DNA of 64,000 nt from an uncultured Nitrospiraceae bacterium (GTDB taxonomy: Bacteria > Nitrospirota > Thermodesulfovibrionia > Thermodesulfovibrionales > UBA6898). The position numbers and the translations under genes were made by a program. The DNA lies in contig CAYWRK010000012.1 of assembly GCA_964461065.1 (NCBI GenBank), positions 6,723-70,722 on the forward strand, given 5' to 3'. The notes beneath the pieces are model-generated. The model was given only the letters and a program-made list of their open reading frames with translations. It did not search any database and had not been told where the DNA came from. The first letter of the stretch is position 1. Every line of letters begins with the position of its first letter. Below are positions 21,988-30,011 of this stretch, piece after piece.

Positions 21988-22635
21988 ATGTCCATGGAAA
22001 CGGTCACAAAAAAACAGTTCACTGACGCCTTCCCCCTCTTTGCAAAAGCAACGGACAAGCTGACCGCTGACCTGCTTTCTGCTGCGCGCTTCCAGAAATT
22101 CCCTAAAGACCTGCAGGTATACCGGGATGGCGATGCCTGCGCTGCAATTGCCTTTCTGCTGTCCGGTGATATCAGAGTTTACAAGACTGGCGAGGGCGGA
22201 AGAGAGATAACACTCTATGAGATAGGAAGGGGTGAGACCTGTATTCTTAACGCATCCTGCATCCTTTCGAACCTTTCCTACCCTGCCGAGGCGGTTGCTA
22301 TGGAAGCGGGCGAAATGCTCCTTATCCCCTCGAATGACTTCAGGAGGCTGGTTGCGGATTACGAGGAGATGAGAAACTTTGTTTTCAATATCCTGAGTCA
22401 GAGGCTTGCTGAGGTGATGGCCCTTGTCGAAGAGATCGCGTTCGGCCGCATGGACCGCAGGCTGATGGATTATATTGTTGAGAAATCCGGAGATAACAGG
22501 CTGGCTGCAACGCATCAGAAGATCGCCGATGACCTCGGCACGTCCCGGGAAGTTGTGAGCAGGCTTCTTAAGGACTTTGAGCGCAAGGGCAGGATAACGC
22601 TTTCAAGGAACCTCATAGAGCTCAAAAGCTTTTAG
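21988..22635 (+). CDS. Crp/Fnr-family transcriptional regulator
   Basis: cNMP-binding-like beta-barrel and a C-terminal HTH (THQKIADDLGTSREVVSRLLKDFERKG). AAGGAGA lies just upstream of the ATG at 21988. There is no N-terminal Fnr-type Cys cluster. Confidence 0.85.
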   Translation: MSMETVTKKQFTDAFPLFAKATDKLTADLLSAARFQKFPKDLQVYRDGDACAAIAFLLSGDIRVYKTGEGGREITLYEIGRGETCILNASCILSNLSYPAEAVAMEAGEMLLIPSNDFRRLVADYEEMRNFVFNILSQRLAEVMALVEEIAFGRMDRRLMDYIVEKSGDNRLAATHQKIADDLGTSREVVSRLLKDFERKGRITLSRNLIELKSF

Positions 22636-22703
22636 TCCTCATAGAGTGATCACGCTGGTTCCTGTTTTCCCGCTATCCTGAAAAATGTTACAGTACGAAC
22701 ATT

Positions 22704-23048
22704 ATGTCCGCAAAAATTCTTGTCATTGACGATGAGTTGCTCATCCTGAACACGGTCGAAAAAGCGCTTACAAGGGTCGGGTATTCTGTTGCCAGGGCTC
22801 AGAACATGGAGGAACTCAGCACAGCGCTCAGGGAAGCGCCCTTTGATCTTATGATCACGGACCTCCATATGGAAGAAGACACTGCAGAGAATATCATCGA
22901 GAGGGTGAAGCAGACCTCGCCCAGGATCAAGGTAATGATCATGAGCGGAGGCACATACAAGACCGATGCTGACAATTTTATTGAAAAGCCCTTTAAGCTG
23001 GATGAACTGCGGGAAAAAGTCAGGACCTATCTGAATGCATCTCCCTGA
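22704..23048 (+). CDS. Single-domain response regulator (CheY-like receiver)
   Basis: ILVIDDE...LMITDLHMEE...IEKPF. 114 aa. The end overlaps the start of the next gene by 14 nt. Confidence 0.85.
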   Translation: MSAKILVIDDELLILNTVEKALTRVGYSVARAQNMEELSTALREAPFDLMITDLHMEEDTAENIIERVKQTSPRIKVMIMSGGTYKTDADNFIEKPFKLDELREKVRTYLNASP

Positions 23049-25065
23049 TATTGATACAGCGCTCTTCTCATTCATAAACCAGAATCTGCAGAATCCTTTT
23101 TTCGACAGGGTAATGCCCTTTGTTACAACCCAGACATTTTTTGTATTTCTCCCTTTCGTGCTGCTCCTTTGCTTCAGGGAGAAGAAGCATGCTCTGCCGG
23201 CGCTGCTTGTCGGGCTTTTTGCCATTGCTTTTGCTGATGCAGGCGGGCACCTATTAAAGGAAATGGTGATGCGGCAGCGGCCCTGCAACGCTCTTGACAA
23301 CGTCCACCTCCTTGTCGGCTGCAGCAAGTCATATTCAATGCCTTCCAACCATGCATCAAATGCCTTTGCTTTTGCCATGACCACATGGTTCATGCTGAGA
23401 AGCAGGCTGAGCTTTTTTTTTATTGCAGCCGCAGCACTGATTAGTTTTTCAAGAATCTCAGTCGGTGTCCACTACCCGTCTGATGTGGCCGCAGGTGCAG
23501 TTGTCGGGATAGCTGCGGCGTACGGCGCAGTGATGCTTTACCGCTGGACAGAGAAGATAGTAATAAAACGCTCCTATGGTCAGGCTCTGTTTCTTGCCCT
23601 CGCGATGACGAGCATAGTTAGAGTCTTCTATATCATGACAGGCCCCTTTGACCTTGTGGCTGATGAAGCGCATTATTGGGAATGGTCCCGCCGTCTTGAC
23701 TGGAGCTATTATTCAAAAGGGCCTGTGATAGCCTGGCTCATCCGGAGCAGCACCTTCTTTTTCGGCAACACAGTCCTGGGAATCCGGTTTTTTGCAGTCC
23801 TTCTTTCAGCCCTCAGCAGTATCCTGCTCTTCAGGCTCGGCAAGGAACTCTATGATGAGAGGACAGGCCTTGCCTCGGCTCTTCTCCTGCAGGTTGTGCC
23901 GCTTTTTTCTGTTTTTGGAATGCTCTTGACCATAGATGCTCCGTTTATTTTTTTCTGGATACTCTCTCTCTATCTTTTTCATCGCATCATCAGGCAGGAG
24001 TCGTCTTCAGCAGAAGGTCCCGCCCCGTCACTATTATGGATACTGTTAGGTATATCAGCAGGGTTTGGTCTGCTCACAAAATATACCATGGCCTTTTTTC
24101 TGCTTTCTGCGTTTCTCTATCTTCTTTTCCAAAAGGATGCACGAAGGCTCCTGAAGACTCCCGGCCCTTATCTGGCCTTTTTTATCAGCATGCTTGTTTT
24201 TAGTCCGGTGATATTCTGGAACGCTGCTCGCGGCTGGGTGACGCTGAAGCATACTGCAGGACAGGCGCATATTAAGGAAGGGCTTGTGTTTACGGTCCGG
24301 TCTTTCGCTGAATTCCTCGGCTCACAGTTTGGGGTTCTGACGCCGCTGCTTTTTGTGATGATCATCGTTGCAATTTTGAAATTGCGCAAGACGGAAAAAG
24401 GAGCCTTCCTCTTCTGGTTCTCTCTGCCAACAATCGCTTTTTTCCTTGCCAAGAGCATTCAGGGGAAGGTGCAGGCAAACTGGGCTTTGACGGGATACAT
24501 CTCCGGCATAGTTGCCTTTTCAGCTTATTATTTGAGTCGGTGGGAAGAGTTCAGAAAGCCTCTTCGCATGACCGTGGCGTTTGCCATCGCCCTTGCCATG
24601 TTGACCACGCTCTTTGCCCATGCCCCATCCCTGCTCAGGCTGCCGGACAAACTTGATCCTTCCATCAGACTTATGGGCTGGAAAGAGCTGGGTGAGGAGG
24701 CGTCAGTTCTTTACAAAAACATGTCTGTGCAGGGGCCGGTCTTTATTTTTTCGGACAGCTATCAGGTGGCGAGTGAACTGGCTTTTTACATGAAAGATAA
24801 TCCGGTTACGTACTGCGTGAATCTCGGCAGGAGAATGAACCAGTATGACCTGTGGCCCGGCTTTGAAAAGCTCAAGGGTCAGAATGCCATCTTTGTCAGG
24901 GCACGGGGGAAAGAGGATGTTCCCGAAGAGGTCTCTCGAGCCTTCAGTTCGTGCGATCAGAGCATGATCGAGGTAAAGACGCGGAGCAAGAAAACCCTGA
25001 AATTTAGCGTATCAGCGTGTTATGATTTTAAAGGTTTTGAAACACAGCAGCCGGAGACCTATTGA
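23035..25065 (+). CDS. PAP2 lipid phosphatase fused to GT-C (ArnT/PMT_2-like) glycosyltransferase
   Basis: All three acid-phosphatase motifs are present: KEMVMRQRP, PSNH and SRISVGVHYPSD. From about residue 200 there is a multi-TM ArnT-like domain (DEAHYWEWSRRLDWSYYSKGPVIAWL). Confidence 0.85.
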   Translation: MHLPDIDTALFSFINQNLQNPFFDRVMPFVTTQTFFVFLPFVLLLCFREKKHALPALLVGLFAIAFADAGGHLLKEMVMRQRPCNALDNVHLLVGCSKSYSMPSNHASNAFAFAMTTWFMLRSRLSFFFIAAAALISFSRISVGVHYPSDVAAGAVVGIAAAYGAVMLYRWTEKIVIKRSYGQALFLALAMTSIVRVFYIMTGPFDLVADEAHYWEWSRRLDWSYYSKGPVIAWLIRSSTFFFGNTVLGIRFFAVLLSALSSILLFRLGKELYDERTGLASALLLQVVPLFSVFGMLLTIDAPFIFFWILSLYLFHRIIRQESSSAEGPAPSLLWILLGISAGFGLLTKYTMAFFLLSAFLYLLFQKDARRLLKTPGPYLAFFISMLVFSPVIFWNAARGWVTLKHTAGQAHIKEGLVFTVRSFAEFLGSQFGVLTPLLFVMIIVAILKLRKTEKGAFLFWFSLPTIAFFLAKSIQGKVQANWALTGYISGIVAFSAYYLSRWEEFRKPLRMTVAFAIALAMLTTLFAHAPSLLRLPDKLDPSIRLMGWKELGEEASVLYKNMSVQGPVFIFSDSYQVASELAFYMKDNPVTYCVNLGRRMNQYDLWPGFEKLKGQNAIFVRARGKEDVPEEVSRAFSSCDQSMIEVKTRSKKTLKFSVSACYDFKGFETQQPETY

Positions 25066-26012
25066 TGACCATATCTGTTGTAATACCACTTTATAATGAA
25101 GAAGAAAATGTTCAGGAGCTTCACAGTCGCCTGAAGACCGTGCTGGACAAGCTTGGGACTGACTATGAGATTCTCTTTATAGATGACGGAAGCACCGACA
25201 AGACCCTGCAATTTCTGCAGGAGATCCAGGCAGGGGACGGCAAGGTCATTGTTCTGAGTCTCAGGAGAAACTTTGGACAGACAGCGGCTTTTGCAGCCGG
25301 GTTCGACTATTCGCGGGGCGACATTATTGTCACTATGGACGGGGACCTTCAGAACGATCCGAATGACATCCCCAAGCTCATTGAACAGATGAAAGACAAT
25401 GACCTTGTGAGCGGATGGAGAAAAAAAAGAAAAGATCCATTCCTCTCACGCAGGCTGCCCTCGATCATGGCGAACTGGCTTATCAGCAAAGTTACCGGCG
25501 TAAATCTTCATGATTATGGCTGCTCGCTCAAGGCATATAAGCGGGATGTAATAAAAAACCTCAAGCTCTATGGCGAGATGCACCGGTTCATCCCTGCAGT
25601 TGCAAGCTGGTATGGCGTGCGCATTGCAGAGGTCGAGACAGAACATCATCCAAGGGTGCGCGGCAAGTCAAAATACGGCATTTCGCGGACCATGAAGGTT
25701 GTGCTTGATCTGATCACCGTCAAGTTTCTCCAGAGTTTTTCAACAAAGCCCCTGCAGTTTTTCGGTCCCATAGGTCTGGCGAGCGGCATGTTAGGCTTTC
25801 TGATCTCAGTGTATCTCACGATAGAGAAGCTTATTGCGGGCAAGGATATTGGCGGCAGGCCTCTGCTTCTGTTAGGTTCGCTGCTGATCATCGTCGGCAT
25901 CCAGTTCATCGGCATGGGTCTTCTTGGCGAAATGATGGTGCGTGTGTATCACGAGACCCAGAAAAAACCAATTTACGTCATTAAGAAGGTTATCGGTCCT
26001 GGCAATAAATAA
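25065..26012 (+). CDS. GT2 polyprenyl-phosphate sugar transferase (ArnC/GtrB/DPM1-like)
   Basis: VVIPLYNEEEN, DDGSTDKT and DGDLQNDP motifs plus two C-terminal TM helices. The ATG overlaps the upstream TGA. Confidence 0.9.
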   Translation: MTISVVIPLYNEEENVQELHSRLKTVLDKLGTDYEILFIDDGSTDKTLQFLQEIQAGDGKVIVLSLRRNFGQTAAFAAGFDYSRGDIIVTMDGDLQNDPNDIPKLIEQMKDNDLVSGWRKKRKDPFLSRRLPSIMANWLISKVTGVNLHDYGCSLKAYKRDVIKNLKLYGEMHRFIPAVASWYGVRIAEVETEHHPRVRGKSKYGISRTMKVVLDLITVKFLQSFSTKPLQFFGPIGLASGMLGFLISVYLTIEKLIAGKDIGGRPLLLLGSLLIIVGIQFIGMGLLGEMMVRVYHETQKKPIYVIKKVIGPGNK

Positions 26013-26907
26013 GAAACTCCTCATTCTCATCCTCAAGCTTGCTGTCAGCTTCTTCTCGTTTTATCTGATTTCCCGAAAAGCTGATATGGTTCAGGTGCTC
26101 CATATCCTGAAAGGTCTTGGACTTTTTACGTTTCTGAGCGCATCAGCACTCTATATCCTGTCCCAGGTTCTTTCTACCATGCGGTGGCAGCTTCTTCTGC
26201 CTGACAACTATCCACTGAAGAGACTTTTTTCATTGTATATGATCGGTGCTTTTTTCAGCAGTTTTCTGCCCGGCGTTGTGGGTGGCGATGCTGTCAGGGC
26301 CTATTATCTGAACAAGGATGCCAAGAAGATCAGTATTACGCTTGCTGCTGTATTCATGGACCGGTACCTTGGCTTTGTCACGCTCATGCTGATCGGCATG
26401 GCTGCCTTTCCGTTCAGCCTTAAGGTCTTTGGGAGCTCACCGCACCGATGGCTTATGCCGGGGTTTTTTATATCCTTTGTCATCGGCAGCATCCTGTTTT
26501 TTGGGCTTCGCCTTGGCAAAAGATTCAAGATTATGACCGGCATTTATGAATATATATCGGCAATAAAAGATCAAAAGGCTGTCATTGTAAAGACGCTTTT
26601 TCTGTCAGTCGGTGTCCAGCTGCTGAATTTCTTGAGTGTTGTCATCCTTGCTTCGAAGATGGGCGAGCATATTTCTCTGCTCCTGCTTTGTGTTTTTCTG
26701 CCGATTGTTACAACGATCGTTGCTCTGCCTGTCTCTATATCAGGCCTTGGCGTTCGTGAAGGAACGTTTGTCATTCTTCTCGGCCTTATCGGTATTTCGC
26801 CGGAGGCTGCCACCTCCCTCTCTCTTGCATGGTTCTTCTCCACATTTGTCGGCAGCCTTCCCGGACTCGTCTTCTACTTTTTTCATGACCGGCAGAAAGG
26901 GGCATAA
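25942..26907 (+). CDS. Flippase-like / lysylphosphatidylglycerol-synthase TM-region family (UPF0104) membrane protein
   Basis: Polytopic membrane protein with a GGDAVRAYYL motif. The GTG start overlaps the upstream gene by 71 nt. No better start was seen. Confidence 0.7.
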   Translation: MCITRPRKNQFTSLRRLSVLAINKKLLILILKLAVSFFSFYLISRKADMVQVLHILKGLGLFTFLSASALYILSQVLSTMRWQLLLPDNYPLKRLFSLYMIGAFFSSFLPGVVGGDAVRAYYLNKDAKKISITLAAVFMDRYLGFVTLMLIGMAAFPFSLKVFGSSPHRWLMPGFFISFVIGSILFFGLRLGKRFKIMTGIYEYISAIKDQKAVIVKTLFLSVGVQLLNFLSVVILASKMGEHISLLLLCVFLPIVTTIVALPVSISGLGVREGTFVILLGLIGISPEAATSLSLAWFFSTFVGSLPGLVFYFFHDRQKGA

Positions 26908-26912
26908 CATAC

Positions 26913-28325
26913 ATGGGGCTTCAGGAAGATAACAGGCATCTCGAAGATGCTGACAGAAAGCACATCTGGCATCCCTTTACGCAGATGAAGGAGTGGGAAG
27001 AGGGCACGCCTCTCATTATTACCGAAGGCCGCGACTCTTTTGTTAAAGACAGCTATGGCAGATGGTATCTCGACGGGGTTTCATCTCTTTGGGTCAATAT
27101 TTTCGGCCACAGGAAAAAAGAGATCGATGATGCCATAAAGGCGCAGGTCGACAGAATAAGTCACAGCACGCTGCTCGGCCTCAGCAATGAGCCTGCTATC
27201 CGATTGGCCGAAAAACTGGTCGGTTTAGTGAAGGGGGCAAGGGGTGAAGGGCAGGCGGCAGATGAAAATGCTTTGGCACTCAGCCGTGTCTTTTATTCAG
27301 ACAACGGTTCAACTGCGGTTGAGGTTGCCCTTAAAATGGCATTCCAGTACTGGCAGCACCGGGGAGAAAAGCAGAAAACATCGTTCCTGTCCCTTAATAA
27401 TGCATATCATGGCGACACGCTCGGTGCAGTGAGTGTGGGTGGGGTAGCTATATTCCACGAGGCATTCGGCCCGCTCCTTTTCCCGACCTATAAAGCACCG
27501 TCGCCTTACTGCTATCGCTGTGAGCTTGACAGGGAATATCCTGATTGCAGCCTTTTTTGCGCTGATAAGCTGGAGGATCTGATGAAAGACCATCACCATG
27601 CGCTGGCAGGCCTGATCATAGAACCCCTGGTCCAGGCAGCAGGCGGGATGATCGTTTCACCTCCCGGATATCTGAAGCGCGTCCGCGAGCTCTGCACAAC
27701 ATACAACATTCTCTTTATCGCTGATGAGGTCGCAACAGGCTTCGGAAGAACAGGCAGGATGTTTGCCTGTGAACATGAGAACGTCATGCCCGACATTATC
27801 TGCCTTTCCAAGGGCATCACCGGCGGGTACATGCCCCTTGCAGCAACCCTTGCAACAGAAGAAATCTACCGGGCATTTCTTGGCGAGTTCAGGGAGCTCA
27901 AGACATTTTTCCATGGTCATTCCTACACAGGCAATCCCCTTGCATGCGCAGCTGCAGTTGCCTGTCTTGATATATTCAGCAGGGAAGAGACCATAAATAA
28001 TATGGCACCGAAGATCGAGCTTCTTGATGATTGGCTCAAGGATATGCGTACACTCCCCCATGTGGGTGATGTCCGGAGCAGGGGGCTGATGGCAGGCGTC
28101 GAGCTTGTCCTGGACAAGAAGACCAAACAGCCCTATGCCTGGGAAGAGAAGATGGGATGGAAGGTTGCATATCATGCGCGCGACAACGGTGTCATCATCA
28201 GGCCGCTCGGCAATATTATAGTGATCATGCCACCACTGAATATCAGCATCGAAAACCTTGGCCAGATGCTCAAGGTCCTCGGGGATGCTATAATCTCTGT
28301 AACTACTCTGGTGGATAGTCTGTAG
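26913..28325 (+). CDS. bioA: Adenosylmethionine-8-amino-7-oxononanoate aminotransferase
   Basis: Class III aminotransferase with HIWHPFTQ, YHGDT, ADEVATGFGRTG and SKGITGGY (PLP Lys). Confidence 0.9.
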   Translation: MGLQEDNRHLEDADRKHIWHPFTQMKEWEEGTPLIITEGRDSFVKDSYGRWYLDGVSSLWVNIFGHRKKEIDDAIKAQVDRISHSTLLGLSNEPAIRLAEKLVGLVKGARGEGQAADENALALSRVFYSDNGSTAVEVALKMAFQYWQHRGEKQKTSFLSLNNAYHGDTLGAVSVGGVAIFHEAFGPLLFPTYKAPSPYCYRCELDREYPDCSLFCADKLEDLMKDHHHALAGLIIEPLVQAAGGMIVSPPGYLKRVRELCTTYNILFIADEVATGFGRTGRMFACEHENVMPDIICLSKGITGGYMPLAATLATEEIYRAFLGEFRELKTFFHGHSYTGNPLACAAAVACLDIFSREETINNMAPKIELLDDWLKDMRTLPHVGDVRSRGLMAGVELVLDKKTKQPYAWEEKMGWKVAYHARDNGVIIRPLGNIIVIMPPLNISIENLGQMLKVLGDAIISVTTLVDSL

Positions 28326-28344
28326 GTGTATAGTGGGAATAACC

Positions 28345-28476
28345 ATGCGAGATCACACAAAGCTCAGGACATTTGAACTGGCCAAGGTGTTAAGGTCCTT
28401 GATTCGTTCTTTGCGTAGTCCTAACAGACTACAGTCTAAACAACCTGAGCACTTACTAATCCCAGTAACGTCATGA
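28345..28476 (+). pseudogene. Internally deleted relic of a four-helix-bundle (23S rRNA IVS-type) protein gene
   Basis: The 43-codon ORF is MRDHTKLRTFELAK-VLRSLIRSLRS.... From memory, the N-terminal and C-terminal signatures of that family are joined with the about 90-aa core missing. Confidence 0.3.
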
Positions 28477-28925
28477 GCAGAAAAGCGATCATATCCCTCG
28501 TTATCATAATCATATCTCCGGTCATTATCTATGCGCTCTGGCCCTCGGACGAGAGCAGGATAAAGAAACTCTTCAGAGAGGGTGTAAATGCCATTGAACA
28601 GGAGAAGATCGACGAGGTCATGGCAAAGGTATCGTTCAATTATACGGATGAATACGGGCTAACCTATCTTTTCATCAAGGAAGGCATGACCAGGCTTTTC
28701 CAGAACATGGACAACATCAAGGTCGAGTATGAGATCACCCGTATTGAGATAAAGGATAAAACCGCCGCTGCTGAGCTTGATGTCCGGGTATTGGCGACCC
28801 GTGGCAGTGACACAGGCTATATTGCCGGAGATATCTCAAAGCCTTTTCATATGAAGTTTTCCCTTGAAAAAGAGCGCACCACTTGGCTGGTTACAAAGAC
28901 CGAGGGCCTGCCTCTCGCTTTCTGA
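28473..28925 (+). CDS. Hypothetical membrane-anchored protein (possibly NTF2-like fold)
   Basis: N-terminal TM helix (ISLVIIIISPVIIYALW) and a 150-aa ORF with coding-like composition. No diagnostic motif was seen. Confidence 0.6.
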   Translation: MSRKAIISLVIIIISPVIIYALWPSDESRIKKLFREGVNAIEQEKIDEVMAKVSFNYTDEYGLTYLFIKEGMTRLFQNMDNIKVEYEITRIEIKDKTAAAELDVRVLATRGSDTGYIAGDISKPFHMKFSLEKERTTWLVTKTEGLPLAF

Positions 28926-29000
28926 CAAGGGGGCTCTCCAAACGCTAATTACAAAGGCTTCATTGCGATCTTGGATGCAACTCTGCGAAAATTCTTTTTA

Positions 29001-29027
29001 ACATCTGGTATTTGACATCTGGTATTT
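29001..29027. repeat. Tandem direct repeat 2 x ACATCTGGTATTT (1-nt spacer)
   Basis: Exact 13-mers at 29001-29013 and 29015-29027, about 33 nt upstream of the ATG at 29060. Confidence 0.9.
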
Positions 29028-29059
29028 CATTTGTGAGGCAAGATGTGGTAAAGTATTAC

Positions 29060-29821
29060 ATGCGCAAGATATTGACATTGATAGTTATTCTTTTTGCACT
29101 CATCTCTATGAGGCCTGAAGCCGTTGCCTCTGCAAAGGGAGATATCCTCAGCAATGAAGAAGCAAAAACTGTTCTGAATGAGCTCATGCCTGATGTAAAG
29201 ATTATCCATGTAAAGCAAAGCCCCCTGGCCGGACTCTGGGAAATCGGCGTAGATATGAAAGGGAAAAAGGCAATCGTTTACCTTGATCATACAAAGAAAT
29301 ATGTTATCTCCCCGATAACGCGCGGCGAGATCTTTGATATCAAGGCCAAGACCAGCCTTACCCAGGAAAGTTTCCAGAAGATCAATAAGGTTGATGTTTC
29401 AAAAATCCCGCTCAAGGATGCCCTTGTCCTCGGTGACAAGACAGCCAAGAATAAGGTCATTGTATTTTCAGACCCGGATTGACCATACTGCGGAAAACTT
29501 CATCTGGAGATGAAGAAGGTCATAAAGGACAGGAAAGATATAGCCTTCTATACCATCCTCTTCCCCCTGCCGATGCACAAAGAGGCATACGGTAAATCAA
29601 AGGCCATTATTTGTGAGCAATCGCTTGATCTGCTTGATGCTGCCTTTGAGAAGAAGCCGCTGCCGGCACCGAGCTGCGAGACAACAGTAATCGATCAGAA
29701 TATCAAGCTCGCAGAGAAACTCGGTATCAGCGGAACGCCTGCGGTCATCTTCCCCAATGGGACGAATATCCCAGGAGCTATTGATGCTGCTGAGATCATA
29801 AAACAGGTCGACAAAAAGTAA
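29060..29821 (+). CDS. DsbC/DsbG-like thiol:disulfide interchange protein, predicted selenoprotein (UGA at 29480-29482 read as Sec; U-P-Y-C motif)
   Basis: Signal peptide. ORFs 29012-29482 and 29510-29821 are in the same frame. The TGA aligns with the first Cys of CPYC in the downstream paralogue (FSDPD-TGA-PYCGKL vs FTDPDCPYCAKV). Homology continues after the TGA (DIAFY..PLPMH, GISGTPA). Confidence 0.75.
29498..29515 (+). promoter_or_regulatory. Candidate bacterial SECIS hairpin
   Basis: CTTCATC-TGGA-GATGAAG is a perfect 7-bp stem with a 4-nt G-containing loop. It starts 15 nt after the in-frame TGA. Confidence 0.55.
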
Positions 29822-30011
29822 TTTCGGCTTCAGCCCTTCTTTTGCCCTTTTCCACAGCGCTCTTTTAGTAAGTCCTCATAGGCTTGTTTTCCCTCCTTTC
29901 CTTTGCGAAATAATACGGATTGTGATATAAAAAGAGAGATGCCACGGCGGAAAGTCTAAACAGCCTGAGCAGTTAGAAATAAACATATTGATCAAGGAGA
30001 AGAAAGATTAT

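Noticed and set aside
23413-23421. Coding-region homopolymers: T9 in the PAP2-GT-C gene (23413-23421), A8 in the GT2 gene (25421-25428), G7 in fur (53731-53737) and T8 at the hemC start (45863-45870)
   Set aside because: All are in frame in the present sequence and of a length that occurs by chance. There is no evidence of variability from a single sequence. Only the non-coding G10 tract was promoted to a finding.
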